DNA of 64,000 nt from Candidatus Omnitrophota bacterium (GTDB lineage Bacteria > Omnitrophota > Gorgyraeia > Zapsychrales > Fredricksoniimonadaceae): assembly GCA_903908245.1 (NCBI GenBank), contig CAIVRE010000018.1, positions 2,876 to 66,875 on the forward strand. Direction: 5' to 3'. The translations under genes were made by a program, and so were the position numbers. Under the pieces are notes generated by a model that had not been told where the DNA came from, searched no databases, and saw only the letters and a program-made list of their open reading frames with translations. This document shows, one piece after another, positions 40,828 to 51,164 of this stretch. Position 1 is the first letter of the stretch. Each line of letters starts with the position of its first letter.

Positions 40828-42077
40828 AAAAAGTCAGGGATCTTGTCGGACAGTTTTTTCGGGAGCGCATTTTCTGCGGGCTGGATATCGGGTCGCAGAA
40901 GATCAAGGCCAGCCTTTGCAAGGTCCAGGATGCGGAGAATTTTGAATTGCTGGGGGTCTATGAAGTGGATACCCGGGGGTTCAAGGACGCTTCGGTCAAT
41001 GACCTGGGCGAGTTCTCGGGGGCGATCAGTGCGGCGCTCGACGGCCTGGCCAGGAAGACCAAGACAGGGTCCAGGTTCCGGGATGTTTATCTTGGCCTCG
41101 GAGGAGAGTTGGTGGAGACCCGGATGAGCCGGGCGGTCATTCCGCTCACCGAGCGCGGGAATAAAGTGATCGTTCCCAGTGATGTGAAGGCGGCCCGTCA
41201 GCAGGCGCGCCTGCTGGGAATGCGGCTTGAGGAAGATGTCGTTGAAGATTTTGTCCGGCAGTTCAAGATCGACGATATCAATGTGGCGCTCAATCCGGTC
41301 GGGCTTTACGGGCGCAAGCTGGAGGTCGAGGTCCTGCTGGTGCTGATAAACAATACACGGTTGCGGAATATTCAGAAGGCGGTCAAACAGGCCGGCTATG
41401 AGGTCAATAAAGTGTTCTTTAACGGTGCGGCGTTGAGTGAGGCGTCCATTGGCCATCAGAGGCGCAATGATGGTTGCGTGCTGGTCGATGTGGGGGCCAG
41501 GAAGACGGAAATATATATTTTCAAGGAAGGGCTTCTTAAACATTTCAATTTTGCCTTGTTCGGCGGGGACCGGATCACGGCCCGTCTGGCGAAAGAGCTG
41601 AAGATCTCTTTCGCCCTGGCGGAAGACATTAAAAAAAGTTATGGCCGCCTGGGTGATAAAACGCAGCATGGTGCGGAGGATATCATTATCAAGAAGGACC
41701 AGGGGTTTATCCCTATCAGGCATGCCGCTATCCGCGGTCCGATCGATGAAGAGGTCGGTGTGCTGATCGAGCATATCCGTGACAGTATCGCGGCTTCAGG
41801 GTATGAAGGGCAGATCCGCTCCGGTATTGTTATGGCGGGCGGAGGGGCTTTGATGCCGGGCCTGATGGAGCATGTTGAGATCTCTCTTGGCCTTCCTGTT
41901 ACAGCGGCGCGCAGTATCCCCGGCCTTGTCCCGGCGTTGTTGTATGCGGTATCCACCAGCATCGCGGAAATGGGGTACAAGGGCAGCATGCGGTATGTCT
42001 TTGATACACGAAAACCGAAGGACTGGTGGGATGCCCTGGTGTCCAGGTTCAGGGAAATGTGCAACGAGTATTTTTGA
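40824..42077 (+). CDS. ftsA: cell division protein FtsA (actin-like ATPase)
   Basis: SHS2/actin-fold motifs (GLDIGSQKIKA, VLVDVGARKTEI, IVMAGGGALMPGL), a C-terminal amphipathic helix, 417 aa. It follows ftsQ. It could alternatively be PilM-like, but the context favours FtsA. Confidence 0.75.
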   Translation: MKKVRDLVGQFFRERIFCGLDIGSQKIKASLCKVQDAENFELLGVYEVDTRGFKDASVNDLGEFSGAISAALDGLARKTKTGSRFRDVYLGLGGELVETRMSRAVIPLTERGNKVIVPSDVKAARQQARLLGMRLEEDVVEDFVRQFKIDDINVALNPVGLYGRKLEVEVLLVLINNTRLRNIQKAVKQAGYEVNKVFFNGAALSEASIGHQRRNDGCVLVDVGARKTEIYIFKEGLLKHFNFALFGGDRITARLAKELKISFALAEDIKKSYGRLGDKTQHGAEDIIIKKDQGFIPIRHAAIRGPIDEEVGVLIEHIRDSIAASGYEGQIRSGIVMAGGGALMPGLMEHVEISLGLPVTAARSIPGLVPALLYAVSTSIAEMGYKGSMRYVFDTRKPKDWWDALVSRFREMCNEYF

Positions 42078-42085
42078 CGGCTGTT

Positions 42086-42445
42086 TTATTCGTCGTTGAT
42101 GTTGCGGTCTGTCCTGCGGCGCGCGAGGTTGAAGTCCATGTTCTTGAGGACACTGCGGATCTTGAGCATCCCGGAGAACATGAACAGCATCCAGAAAGAG
42201 TTGAGGAGCATCAGGAATACGATCAAAAGCCCAAGGTAGTTCTGGTTGAGCAGAAGCCGTTCCGTGAGCGATATTTTTGCGATATCGGCCGTTGTATTAA
42301 TGGTGTTGAGGGAAAGGATAAAGAACACGACGAACGCCACGATCAGGATCATTTCAAAGAAAAGCACGTAGAAGTGGCGTACGAACCACTGATTGGAGCG
42401 GTTATCCCACTGACGGACCTGGTTCATGAAAGAAGTTAATGACAT
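42086..42445 (-). CDS. hypothetical two-TM membrane protein
   Basis: Minus-strand ORF convergent with ftsA, with two long hydrophobic helices. Start taken at MSLTSF, but the longer start at 42493 is possible. The local sequence is AT-richer than its surroundings. Confidence 0.4.
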   Translation of the reverse strand: MSLTSFMNQVRQWDNRSNQWFVRHFYVLFFEMILIVAFVVFFILSLNTINTTADIAKISLTERLLLNQNYLGLLIVFLMLLNSFWMLFMFSGMLKIRSVLKNMDFNLARRRTDRNINDE

Positions 42446-42510
42446 GGGAATCATTTTATGTGTTTTGTCGATGAGTGTCAATTTTTTAAACATATAACCC
42501 TTGTGAGAAC

Positions 42511-42888
42511 ATGATCCCCAAGATCCTTATTGTTGACGATGACCGGATCAATATCACCCTGCTGAAATTCACGCTTAAAGAGAAGCGTTATGATGTGCTG
42601 ACCGCGGGCGACGGCATTGAAGGTTTAAAGGCGGTGGCGGAGTTCAGGCCCGACCTGATCATCCTTGATGTCCAGATGCCTAAGATGAATGGTTTTGAGT
42701 TCATGTCCGAGTTGAAATGCCTGCCGGAGGGAGGGGCTACGCCGGTCATTATGCTGACATCCAATGACAATATGCAGGACATGTTCTATTCGGAAGGGGT
42801 GAAGGGCTATTTTGTGAAACCGGTCGATCCGCTGAAGATGGAAGCTAGGATCCGTCAGCTTCTGGGGATCACGGGTGAGATCCTTTAA
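42511..42888 (+). CDS. single-domain response regulator (CheY-like receiver)
   Basis: Acidic pocket DDD, the phospho-acceptor Asp in LIILDVQMP, Thr in MLTSN, and Lys in FVKP. It has no output domain. Confidence 0.8.
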   Translation: MIPKILIVDDDRINITLLKFTLKEKRYDVLTAGDGIEGLKAVAEFRPDLIILDVQMPKMNGFEFMSELKCLPEGGATPVIMLTSNDNMQDMFYSEGVKGYFVKPVDPLKMEARIRQLLGITGEIL

Positions 42889-43892
42889 TGCGTCTTTCCG
42901 ATTTTGATTATCATCTGCCTGAAACGCTGGTCGCCCAGTATCCTGTGGCAAAGCGTGATGAGGCCCGCCTTCTGGTGATCGACCGGGCCGCGCGGACCAT
43001 TCGTCATGATGTTTTTTATAATATCAGCCGTTATCTTCCCGCTCAAAGCCTTCTCGTTGTTAATAACAGCAGGGTGATCCATGCCCGGTTGCTCGGCCAT
43101 AAGCCGCGCACGGGGGGGCAGGTTGAAGTTTTTTTATTGAAGGATCTGGGAAGCCGGCGTTTTAAGGCCCTGGTGCGGCCGCTGGCGAAGATCAATCTCG
43201 GTGAGCCGCTGGTCTTCGCCGGCGGGGTGACCGCCCGCCTTGTCGATCGGGAGGCCAGGGTGGTTGAGTTCGACCAGGATAATGTATTAAAAGTGCTGGA
43301 GAATGTGGGGCATATCCCGTTACCGCCGTATATTAACCGGCCGGATGAGGAGGCTGACCGTGTGAATTATCAGACGGTGTATGCAAAGGCCGCTGGGTCA
43401 GTGGCGGCTCCGACGGCGGGCTTGCACTTTACCAGGCCGCTCATGGTTGCCCTGAAAGGACAGGGGCATTCTTTTGCCCAGACGACGCTTCATGTGAATT
43501 ACGGGACATTCAAGCCGGTTGAGGCAGAGGATGTTGTTTCACATCCGATGCATAGTGAAGATTACGCGATATTACCGTCCCAATTGAAGGCGGTGCTGGC
43601 GGCGAAGGCGGACAAACGGCCTGTGGTTGCGGTCGGCACGACCAGTTGCCGTGTGCTCGAGTCTTATGCCCGCTCCGGCGAGGCGAAGGCTTCGACCCGG
43701 TTATTCCTGTATCCGGGCGCGGACTTTCGGATGGTCGACGCGCTGATCACCAATTTTCATCTTCCCAAAAGCACTCTTCTGATGCTTGTTTCGGCTTTTG
43801 GCGGGCTTGATCTTATCCGTCAGGCGTATGCTGAGGCTATCCGTGAAAAATACCGCTTTTACAGTTATGGCGACGCGATGTTGATCGTCTGA
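42888..43892 (+). CDS. queA: S-adenosylmethionine:tRNA ribosyltransferase-isomerase
   Basis: The start MRLSDFDYHLPETLVAQYP, plus ...PLPPYI and GTTSxR, are QueA signatures. Confidence 0.9.
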   Translation: MRLSDFDYHLPETLVAQYPVAKRDEARLLVIDRAARTIRHDVFYNISRYLPAQSLLVVNNSRVIHARLLGHKPRTGGQVEVFLLKDLGSRRFKALVRPLAKINLGEPLVFAGGVTARLVDREARVVEFDQDNVLKVLENVGHIPLPPYINRPDEEADRVNYQTVYAKAAGSVAAPTAGLHFTRPLMVALKGQGHSFAQTTLHVNYGTFKPVEAEDVVSHPMHSEDYAILPSQLKAVLAAKADKRPVVAVGTTSCRVLESYARSGEAKASTRLFLYPGADFRMVDALITNFHLPKSTLLMLVSAFGGLDLIRQAYAEAIREKYRFYSYGDAMLIV

Positions 43893-44318
43893 AGTTTTTG
43901 TGCTCTTTTTACGTGTTTGCGGGATTTGGGCTACGGCATATCATCATCTGCTCAGACAGCACGTCCATCCTTTGGGAGTAATAAAAGACAGGTGGAAGGA
44001 TGGCCGTGAACTCGCATCTGATGATATGCCTTCGCCCAAGACGATATGCTGGCCTCGATCAGGCGAGTGTGATGATGCCTGCATTTTTCTGTAAATCTTC
44101 GGAGACATTTGCCGAAAATCCTTGCTTCTTCAAAGTTGTTCAGAAAAAAAGGATTCCTCGCTTTTGAACACATTGGCGAGAAATCATCTGATTGCTCACA
44201 GATGGATCTTTCCGTGACCTCTTCACGATGCAGTGTGTATTTCTGTTTAACTATATGGTATTATATACATTCGTGTAGGCGGAGCTTGTTTCCTGTAAGG
44301 GGTAAATTGGAGGTTTTT

Positions 44319-46326
<2,008 letters not shown>

Positions 46327-46352
46327 TGCCCTTTTTTTTCTTGCCTTTTTTG

Positions 46353-46386
46353 TTAGCCATGCTAACCTTATTGTTAGCTTAGCTAA
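46353..46386. promoter_or_regulatory. tandem palindromic operator sites (putative MarR autoregulatory boxes)
   Basis: TTAGC-CAT-GCTAA (46353-46365) and TTAGC-TTA-GCTAA (46374-46386). Each is preceded by TG, and their centres are 21 bp apart. They lie 17 nt upstream of the marR start. Confidence 0.5.
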
Positions 46387-46402
46387 TAAGAAAGGACGAT
46401 TC

Positions 46403-46822
46403 ATGACAGACCTGTCCCATATTGCAGAAGAGATCGCTCTCATCGGCCCTCGTATTGGCCGCAGGATCTTCCTTGATATTTTTCAATCGTCGGATATTTC
46501 TCATTCCCAGCTCTTTGTGATCATGACACTGGTCCATAACGGGCCGTCGCGTTCATCGGATATCGGCAAAGAACTCAAGGTCGCGCCTCCGACCGCGACG
46601 GGTATTATCGGGCGTTTGGAAAGATCTGGTTATGTCCGTCGCGTGGCCGATAAAGGAGACCGCCGTGCGGTCATTGTTGACCTGACGCCTGAAGGGCGTA
46701 AACTGGCGCAAAAATTACGCGCTATCGTTGTTAACCGCTGGACAAAAATACTGTCGAAGATCTCCCGCGAGGATGCGGAGAAATACCTGGAAATATTAAA
46801 GAAAATCAACGAGGCCCTATGA
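46403..46822 (+). CDS. MarR-family transcriptional regulator
   Basis: Winged-HTH pattern (SHSQLFVIMTLVHNGPSRSSDIGKELKVAPPTATGIIGRLERSGYVRRVADKGDRRAVIVDLTPEGRKL). The ORF-track N-terminal extension (from 46241) overlaps tgt and the operator region, so it is unlikely to be translated. Confidence 0.75.
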   Translation: MTDLSHIAEEIALIGPRIGRRIFLDIFQSSDISHSQLFVIMTLVHNGPSRSSDIGKELKVAPPTATGIIGRLERSGYVRRVADKGDRRAVIVDLTPEGRKLAQKLRAIVVNRWTKILSKISREDAEKYLEILKKINEAL

Positions 46823-48069
46823 AGATGCTTAAAGTTCTTGTCCTGCCGGTCATGATCGTCGTTGCCTGCGCGGCATTGGCCATGGCCCAGAATGTTCCGC
46901 TGACCTTGAAGGATTGCTATAGGCTTGCGTTGGCGCGCAGTGAATCCATCGGCATTCAGAAAGAGCTTATTAAGGAAACCGAAGGCCTGATGCTCCAGTC
47001 GCTGAGCACGGCATTGCCGAAAGTGGCATTTGCTTATTCCGAAAAGTGGCAGGACCTGAGGCCGAACAATACGTTCGGCGGTTATCAGCCGGAAGCCAAG
47101 TTTACGTTTTCCCAGCCACTGTTCACCGGGTTCAGGGAGTTCGCTGCCGTGCGCGCCAGCAAGCATATCGGGAAACAGCGGGCGGCGGAGTTCAAGCGCG
47201 CCGAACAGCTTCTTTTGACGGATGTATCGGATGCGTTCTATCTTTATTCAAGTTATCAGGAGGATCTTAAGGTCCAGGAAGATATTCAAAAGATCCTGGC
47301 CGACCGGGTCACGGAATTAAAAAAGCGCGAGGCCCTGGGCAAGTCCCGTTCCAGCGAGGTGGCCAGTGCGGAGGCTAATCTGTTGCGCACAGAAGCCGGT
47401 ATTGACTCTTCCCGCGGGCAGATGGAGGTCGCTGGTCAGCTGCTGGAATTCCTGATCGGTCAGCCGGTCGATCAACTGGTGTCTGAACCATTACCGCAAG
47501 GGACGGAAGACCTTCCATCGCTGGTGCGCAAAGCGGATGACCGCCCTGATGTAATGGCGGCGCGGGAATCGCTGGCATCCTATAAGAATAATATTACGGT
47601 GGCGAGGTCCTCGTTCCTTCCGTCAGTGGCGTTGACCGGGAATTCTTATGCCAAGCGCTCCGACACGAATGAAGGCAATAACTGGGACGCGACGCTCAGC
47701 GTGAATGTGCCGTTGTTCAACGGCTTAAGCGATGTCGGACAGGTCCGTCAGGCCAGGGCGCAGGCCAATGAAGCCGATCTGAAATTGAGCCAGGCCCTGC
47801 GTATGGCCGCGCTTGATATCCGCAATGCTTTTACAAAATTGGAGGCCGCGCGGAAGAATTTTGAGGCGTTATCGAAAGCGGTCGTTGCTTCAGACAGGAA
47901 CTACAAATTGCAGGCAGAGGATTTTCAGAGGGATCTGGTCAACAACCTGGATGTCCTTCAGGCGTTGGTGGACCTTCAGAGCGTACGGCGTGATAATGTG
48001 GCTGCCGCTACGGCCGTTAACCGCGCGTACTGGGCCCTTCAAGTCGCAACAGGGGAGAATTTAAAATGA
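46819..48069 (+). CDS. TolC-family outer membrane efflux protein (OMF)
   Basis: Signal peptide, then two OEP-type repeat halves with coiled-coil heptads. It sits immediately upstream of an RND pump gene. Confidence 0.8.
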   Translation: MKMLKVLVLPVMIVVACAALAMAQNVPLTLKDCYRLALARSESIGIQKELIKETEGLMLQSLSTALPKVAFAYSEKWQDLRPNNTFGGYQPEAKFTFSQPLFTGFREFAAVRASKHIGKQRAAEFKRAEQLLLTDVSDAFYLYSSYQEDLKVQEDIQKILADRVTELKKREALGKSRSSEVASAEANLLRTEAGIDSSRGQMEVAGQLLEFLIGQPVDQLVSEPLPQGTEDLPSLVRKADDRPDVMAARESLASYKNNITVARSSFLPSVALTGNSYAKRSDTNEGNNWDATLSVNVPLFNGLSDVGQVRQARAQANEADLKLSQALRMAALDIRNAFTKLEAARKNFEALSKAVVASDRNYKLQAEDFQRDLVNNLDVLQALVDLQSVRRDNVAAATAVNRAYWALQVATGENLK

Positions 48070-51000
48070 GTTTGTCAGATACTGCAATACGGCGCCCTGT
48101 ATTCGCGTGGATGGTCATGGCCGCGCTGATGATCTTCGGGCTTATCAGTTACAACCGCCTGGGAGTGAGCCAGCTGCCGAATATTGATTTCCCTGTTGTG
48201 AGTGTGGGGCTTTCCTGGACCGGGGCGGCTCCCGAGGTTATGGAGAAAGACGTGATCGATGCTATTGAGCAGGCGGTCATGACCGTGCAGGGGGTTAAAG
48301 AGGTTTCTTCGACCTGCCGGCAGGGGCAGGCTACAGTGACCGTTGAATTTGAACTGGGGCGGGATATTGATGCCGCGGTACAGGATATTCAGAACAAGAT
48401 CAGCCAGACCCAGCGCAATCTTCCCAAAGACCTGGATCCGCCGGTGATCAGGCGCTCGAATCCGGCAGACCAGCCTATTATGTGGCTTGCGGTGACCAGC
48501 GAACGCAGCAGGGTCCAGGTGATGGAATATGTCGAAAAATATTTGCGCGACAAGTTCACCAGTATCAGCGGAGTTGGCGAGGTCATGTTGGGCGGTTATA
48601 TTGACCCGAATTTACGTGTCTGGGTCGATAATGAAAAACTGAATTCTTACGAGTTGACGGTGGATGATGTTTTGGCTGCGATCGCCTCCGGTCATAGTGA
48701 ACTTCCTGCCGGACGTATCGAAACGGACAAGATCGAGCAAAGTGTCCGTGTTATGGGTGAGGCGAAGAGCCCCGAAGAATTCGGGAATATTTTGATCAGC
48801 GGACGGGCGGGGAAGCCGAATTATGTGCCTATCCGTATCAAGGATGTGGCGCGTATTGAGGACGGCCTCGCAGATATCCGCAGTATTTCGCGATTCAACG
48901 GAGAACCATCTGTTGGTTTAGGCATCAAGAAGCAAAGCGGGTCGAATGATGTGGCAATTGCCCATGCGATCAAAAAACGCCTGCTGGAAGTCCAAAAAAT
49001 GCTGCCTCCGGATATCCATATCGGGATTGTTGTTGACCGTACAAAATTCATTGAGGATTCGATCCACGATCTGACATATACCCTGGTCCTTTCCGCGCTG
49101 GTAACGTCCCTCGTGTGCTGGTTCTTCCTGGGAGCATGGAGCGCGACCTTGAACATCCTTTTGGCTATACCGACATCTATCCTCGGGACATTCATCATTA
49201 TTTATTTCCTGCATTTTACGCTTAATACGTTCACGGTGCTCGCCCTGTCTCTGGCGGTTGGTATCGTTGTTGATGATTCGATCATGGTCCTGGAGAATAT
49301 CGTCCGGTTCCGGGAGCACGGGGAAGATATGGTATCGGCCGCCGGTAAAGGCGCGAACCAGATCGCGGGAGCGGCGCTGGCGACCACCATGGCGATCACG
49401 GCCATTTTTATTCCGGTTATCTTTATTTCCGGGATCATGGGAAAATTCTTTTTCGAGTTCGGTATTACTATTGCCGTTGCGGTGGGGCTGTCGCTGCTTG
49501 AGGCATTGATGTTGACCCCGATGCGCTGTTCGCAGTTCCTGCAGGTCGGCCGTTCTACAGGGTTTGGGCGCGGGGTGGACGAGGGATTTAAAAGGTTGGC
49601 AGCGTTCTACGCCAGGACACTGACCTGGGCGCTTAAACATGCTGTTTTGATCATTTTTCTTTCGATCATTATGTTCGCCGCATCATTAAAGCTTGTCGGG
49701 CTCATGCGCAAGGAATTTGTGCCGCCGCAAGACCAGAGCATGTTCATGGTGAGTTTTCAGGCTCCTCCGGGATCCTCCATTACATATACTGACGGACGTT
49801 TCCGTGAGGCGGAAAAGTTTGTTGCCTCCCGTCCGGAGGTCTTGCGATATTTTACAGCCGTGGGAGGGTTTGGCGGCGGTGATGTCAATACGGGGATCAT
49901 TTTTATCACATTCAAGGAGCCCAAAGACCGTCCAATCGATGTTAAAGCGGGGCATCGGTTGACACAGGGTGAGCTGATGGGTATTTTCCGTAAGGAGTTG
50001 AACAAGATCCATGATTTTAAGGCAAAGGTGCAGGACCTTTCATTGAGTGGTTTCTCGGCTCAGAGGGGTTTTCCTATTGAGTTTAGTGTGCGCGGGCCTG
50101 ATTGGGATAAACTTATAGAGTATGCGGCCCTGATGCAGGATAAGATGGAAAAAAGCGGGATGATGGTCGACGTGGATTCTGACTATCAGGCAGGTGTTTC
50201 CGAGATCCGGGTGGAACCTGACCGTCAGAAGGCAGATGAGCGCGGGGTGAGCATGGAATCGATGGGGAGCGCGGTCAATGCTCTTTTTGGCGGTCAACTT
50301 GCGGGCAAGTATTCGAGCGCGGACCGGAGGTATGATGTGCGCGTTCTTTTACAGCCGGATCAAAGATTGAAAATGTCGGATATTGATGATGTTTGGGTCT
50401 GGAACAACCGCGGCGAGCGGGTCCAGCTTAAGGATGTGGTGAATATTGTTGAGCGGCCGACAACGCTTACCATTACCCGGCGGGCGCGCGAGCGCGCCAT
50501 TTCAGTTTATGCGAACGTCGCGGCGGGAAAGTCCATGACCGATGCGCTGGCTGTGGCGCAGAAGATAGCCAAAGAATCCCTTCCTGAGGGGTATCGGGCC
50601 GTTCTTGGCGGGACTTCTCAGACATTCCAGGAGTCTTCCAACGGGATGGGGATGATCTTTATCCTGGGTATTTTGGTTGCTTACATGGTGATCGGGTCCC
50701 AGTATAACAGTTTTCTTCAGCCCTTCATTGTGCTATTGGCGCTTCCGTTCAGTATTTCAGGAGCTTTTATCGCGCTTCTGATGAGTAATCAGTCCCTTAA
50801 TCTTTATAGTATTATCGGGATCATCCTCTTGATGGGGATCGTAAAAAAGAATTCGATCCTTCTGGTTGATTTTACGAATCAGGTCAGGGGGCAGGGGAAG
50901 AAAGTTGAAGAGGCTTTGCTTGTGGCCTGCCCTATCCGTTTGCGTCCGATCCTGATGACATCCCTGGCAACCATTGCGGCGGCGATCCCTCCGGCATTAG

Positions 51001-51164
51001 CGATCGGCGCCGGAGCTGAAGTACGCGCGCCTATGGCGATCGCTGTCATAGGAGGCGTTTCGGTCTCGACATTCTTTACTCTTTTTGTAGTGCCATGCGT
51101 CTATCGCCTGACCGTACGCGACAGTTGGGCCGTAAAGAACGTGTCGGACGTCCGGGAGGCATAA
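48066..51164 (+). CDS. RND (HAE1/AcrB-type) efflux transporter permease
   Basis: 1032 aa, 12 TM helices and two large periplasmic loops. It has the AcrB-like N-terminus IRRPVFAWMVMAALMIFG and the conserved GxxxD region in TM4. Confidence 0.9.
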   Translation: MSLSDTAIRRPVFAWMVMAALMIFGLISYNRLGVSQLPNIDFPVVSVGLSWTGAAPEVMEKDVIDAIEQAVMTVQGVKEVSSTCRQGQATVTVEFELGRDIDAAVQDIQNKISQTQRNLPKDLDPPVIRRSNPADQPIMWLAVTSERSRVQVMEYVEKYLRDKFTSISGVGEVMLGGYIDPNLRVWVDNEKLNSYELTVDDVLAAIASGHSELPAGRIETDKIEQSVRVMGEAKSPEEFGNILISGRAGKPNYVPIRIKDVARIEDGLADIRSISRFNGEPSVGLGIKKQSGSNDVAIAHAIKKRLLEVQKMLPPDIHIGIVVDRTKFIEDSIHDLTYTLVLSALVTSLVCWFFLGAWSATLNILLAIPTSILGTFIIIYFLHFTLNTFTVLALSLAVGIVVDDSIMVLENIVRFREHGEDMVSAAGKGANQIAGAALATTMAITAIFIPVIFISGIMGKFFFEFGITIAVAVGLSLLEALMLTPMRCSQFLQVGRSTGFGRGVDEGFKRLAAFYARTLTWALKHAVLIIFLSIIMFAASLKLVGLMRKEFVPPQDQSMFMVSFQAPPGSSITYTDGRFREAEKFVASRPEVLRYFTAVGGFGGGDVNTGIIFITFKEPKDRPIDVKAGHRLTQGELMGIFRKELNKIHDFKAKVQDLSLSGFSAQRGFPIEFSVRGPDWDKLIEYAALMQDKMEKSGMMVDVDSDYQAGVSEIRVEPDRQKADERGVSMESMGSAVNALFGGQLAGKYSSADRRYDVRVLLQPDQRLKMSDIDDVWVWNNRGERVQLKDVVNIVERPTTLTITRRARERAISVYANVAAGKSMTDALAVAQKIAKESLPEGYRAVLGGTSQTFQESSNGMGMIFILGILVAYMVIGSQYNSFLQPFIVLLALPFSISGAFIALLMSNQSLNLYSIIGIILLMGIVKKNSILLVDFTNQVRGQGKKVEEALLVACPIRLRPILMTSLATIAAAIPPALAIGAGAEVRAPMAIAVIGGVSVSTFFTLFVVPCVYRLTVRDSWAVKNVSDVREA

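Noticed and set aside
44109-44318. The upstream 70 codons of the ORF-track frame (from TTG) for the MbfA-like gene.
   Set aside because: It is Cys/Ser-rich, has no RBS, and precedes a strong GGAGG-ATG start. I treated it as 5' leader, discussed under the intergenic-region finding.
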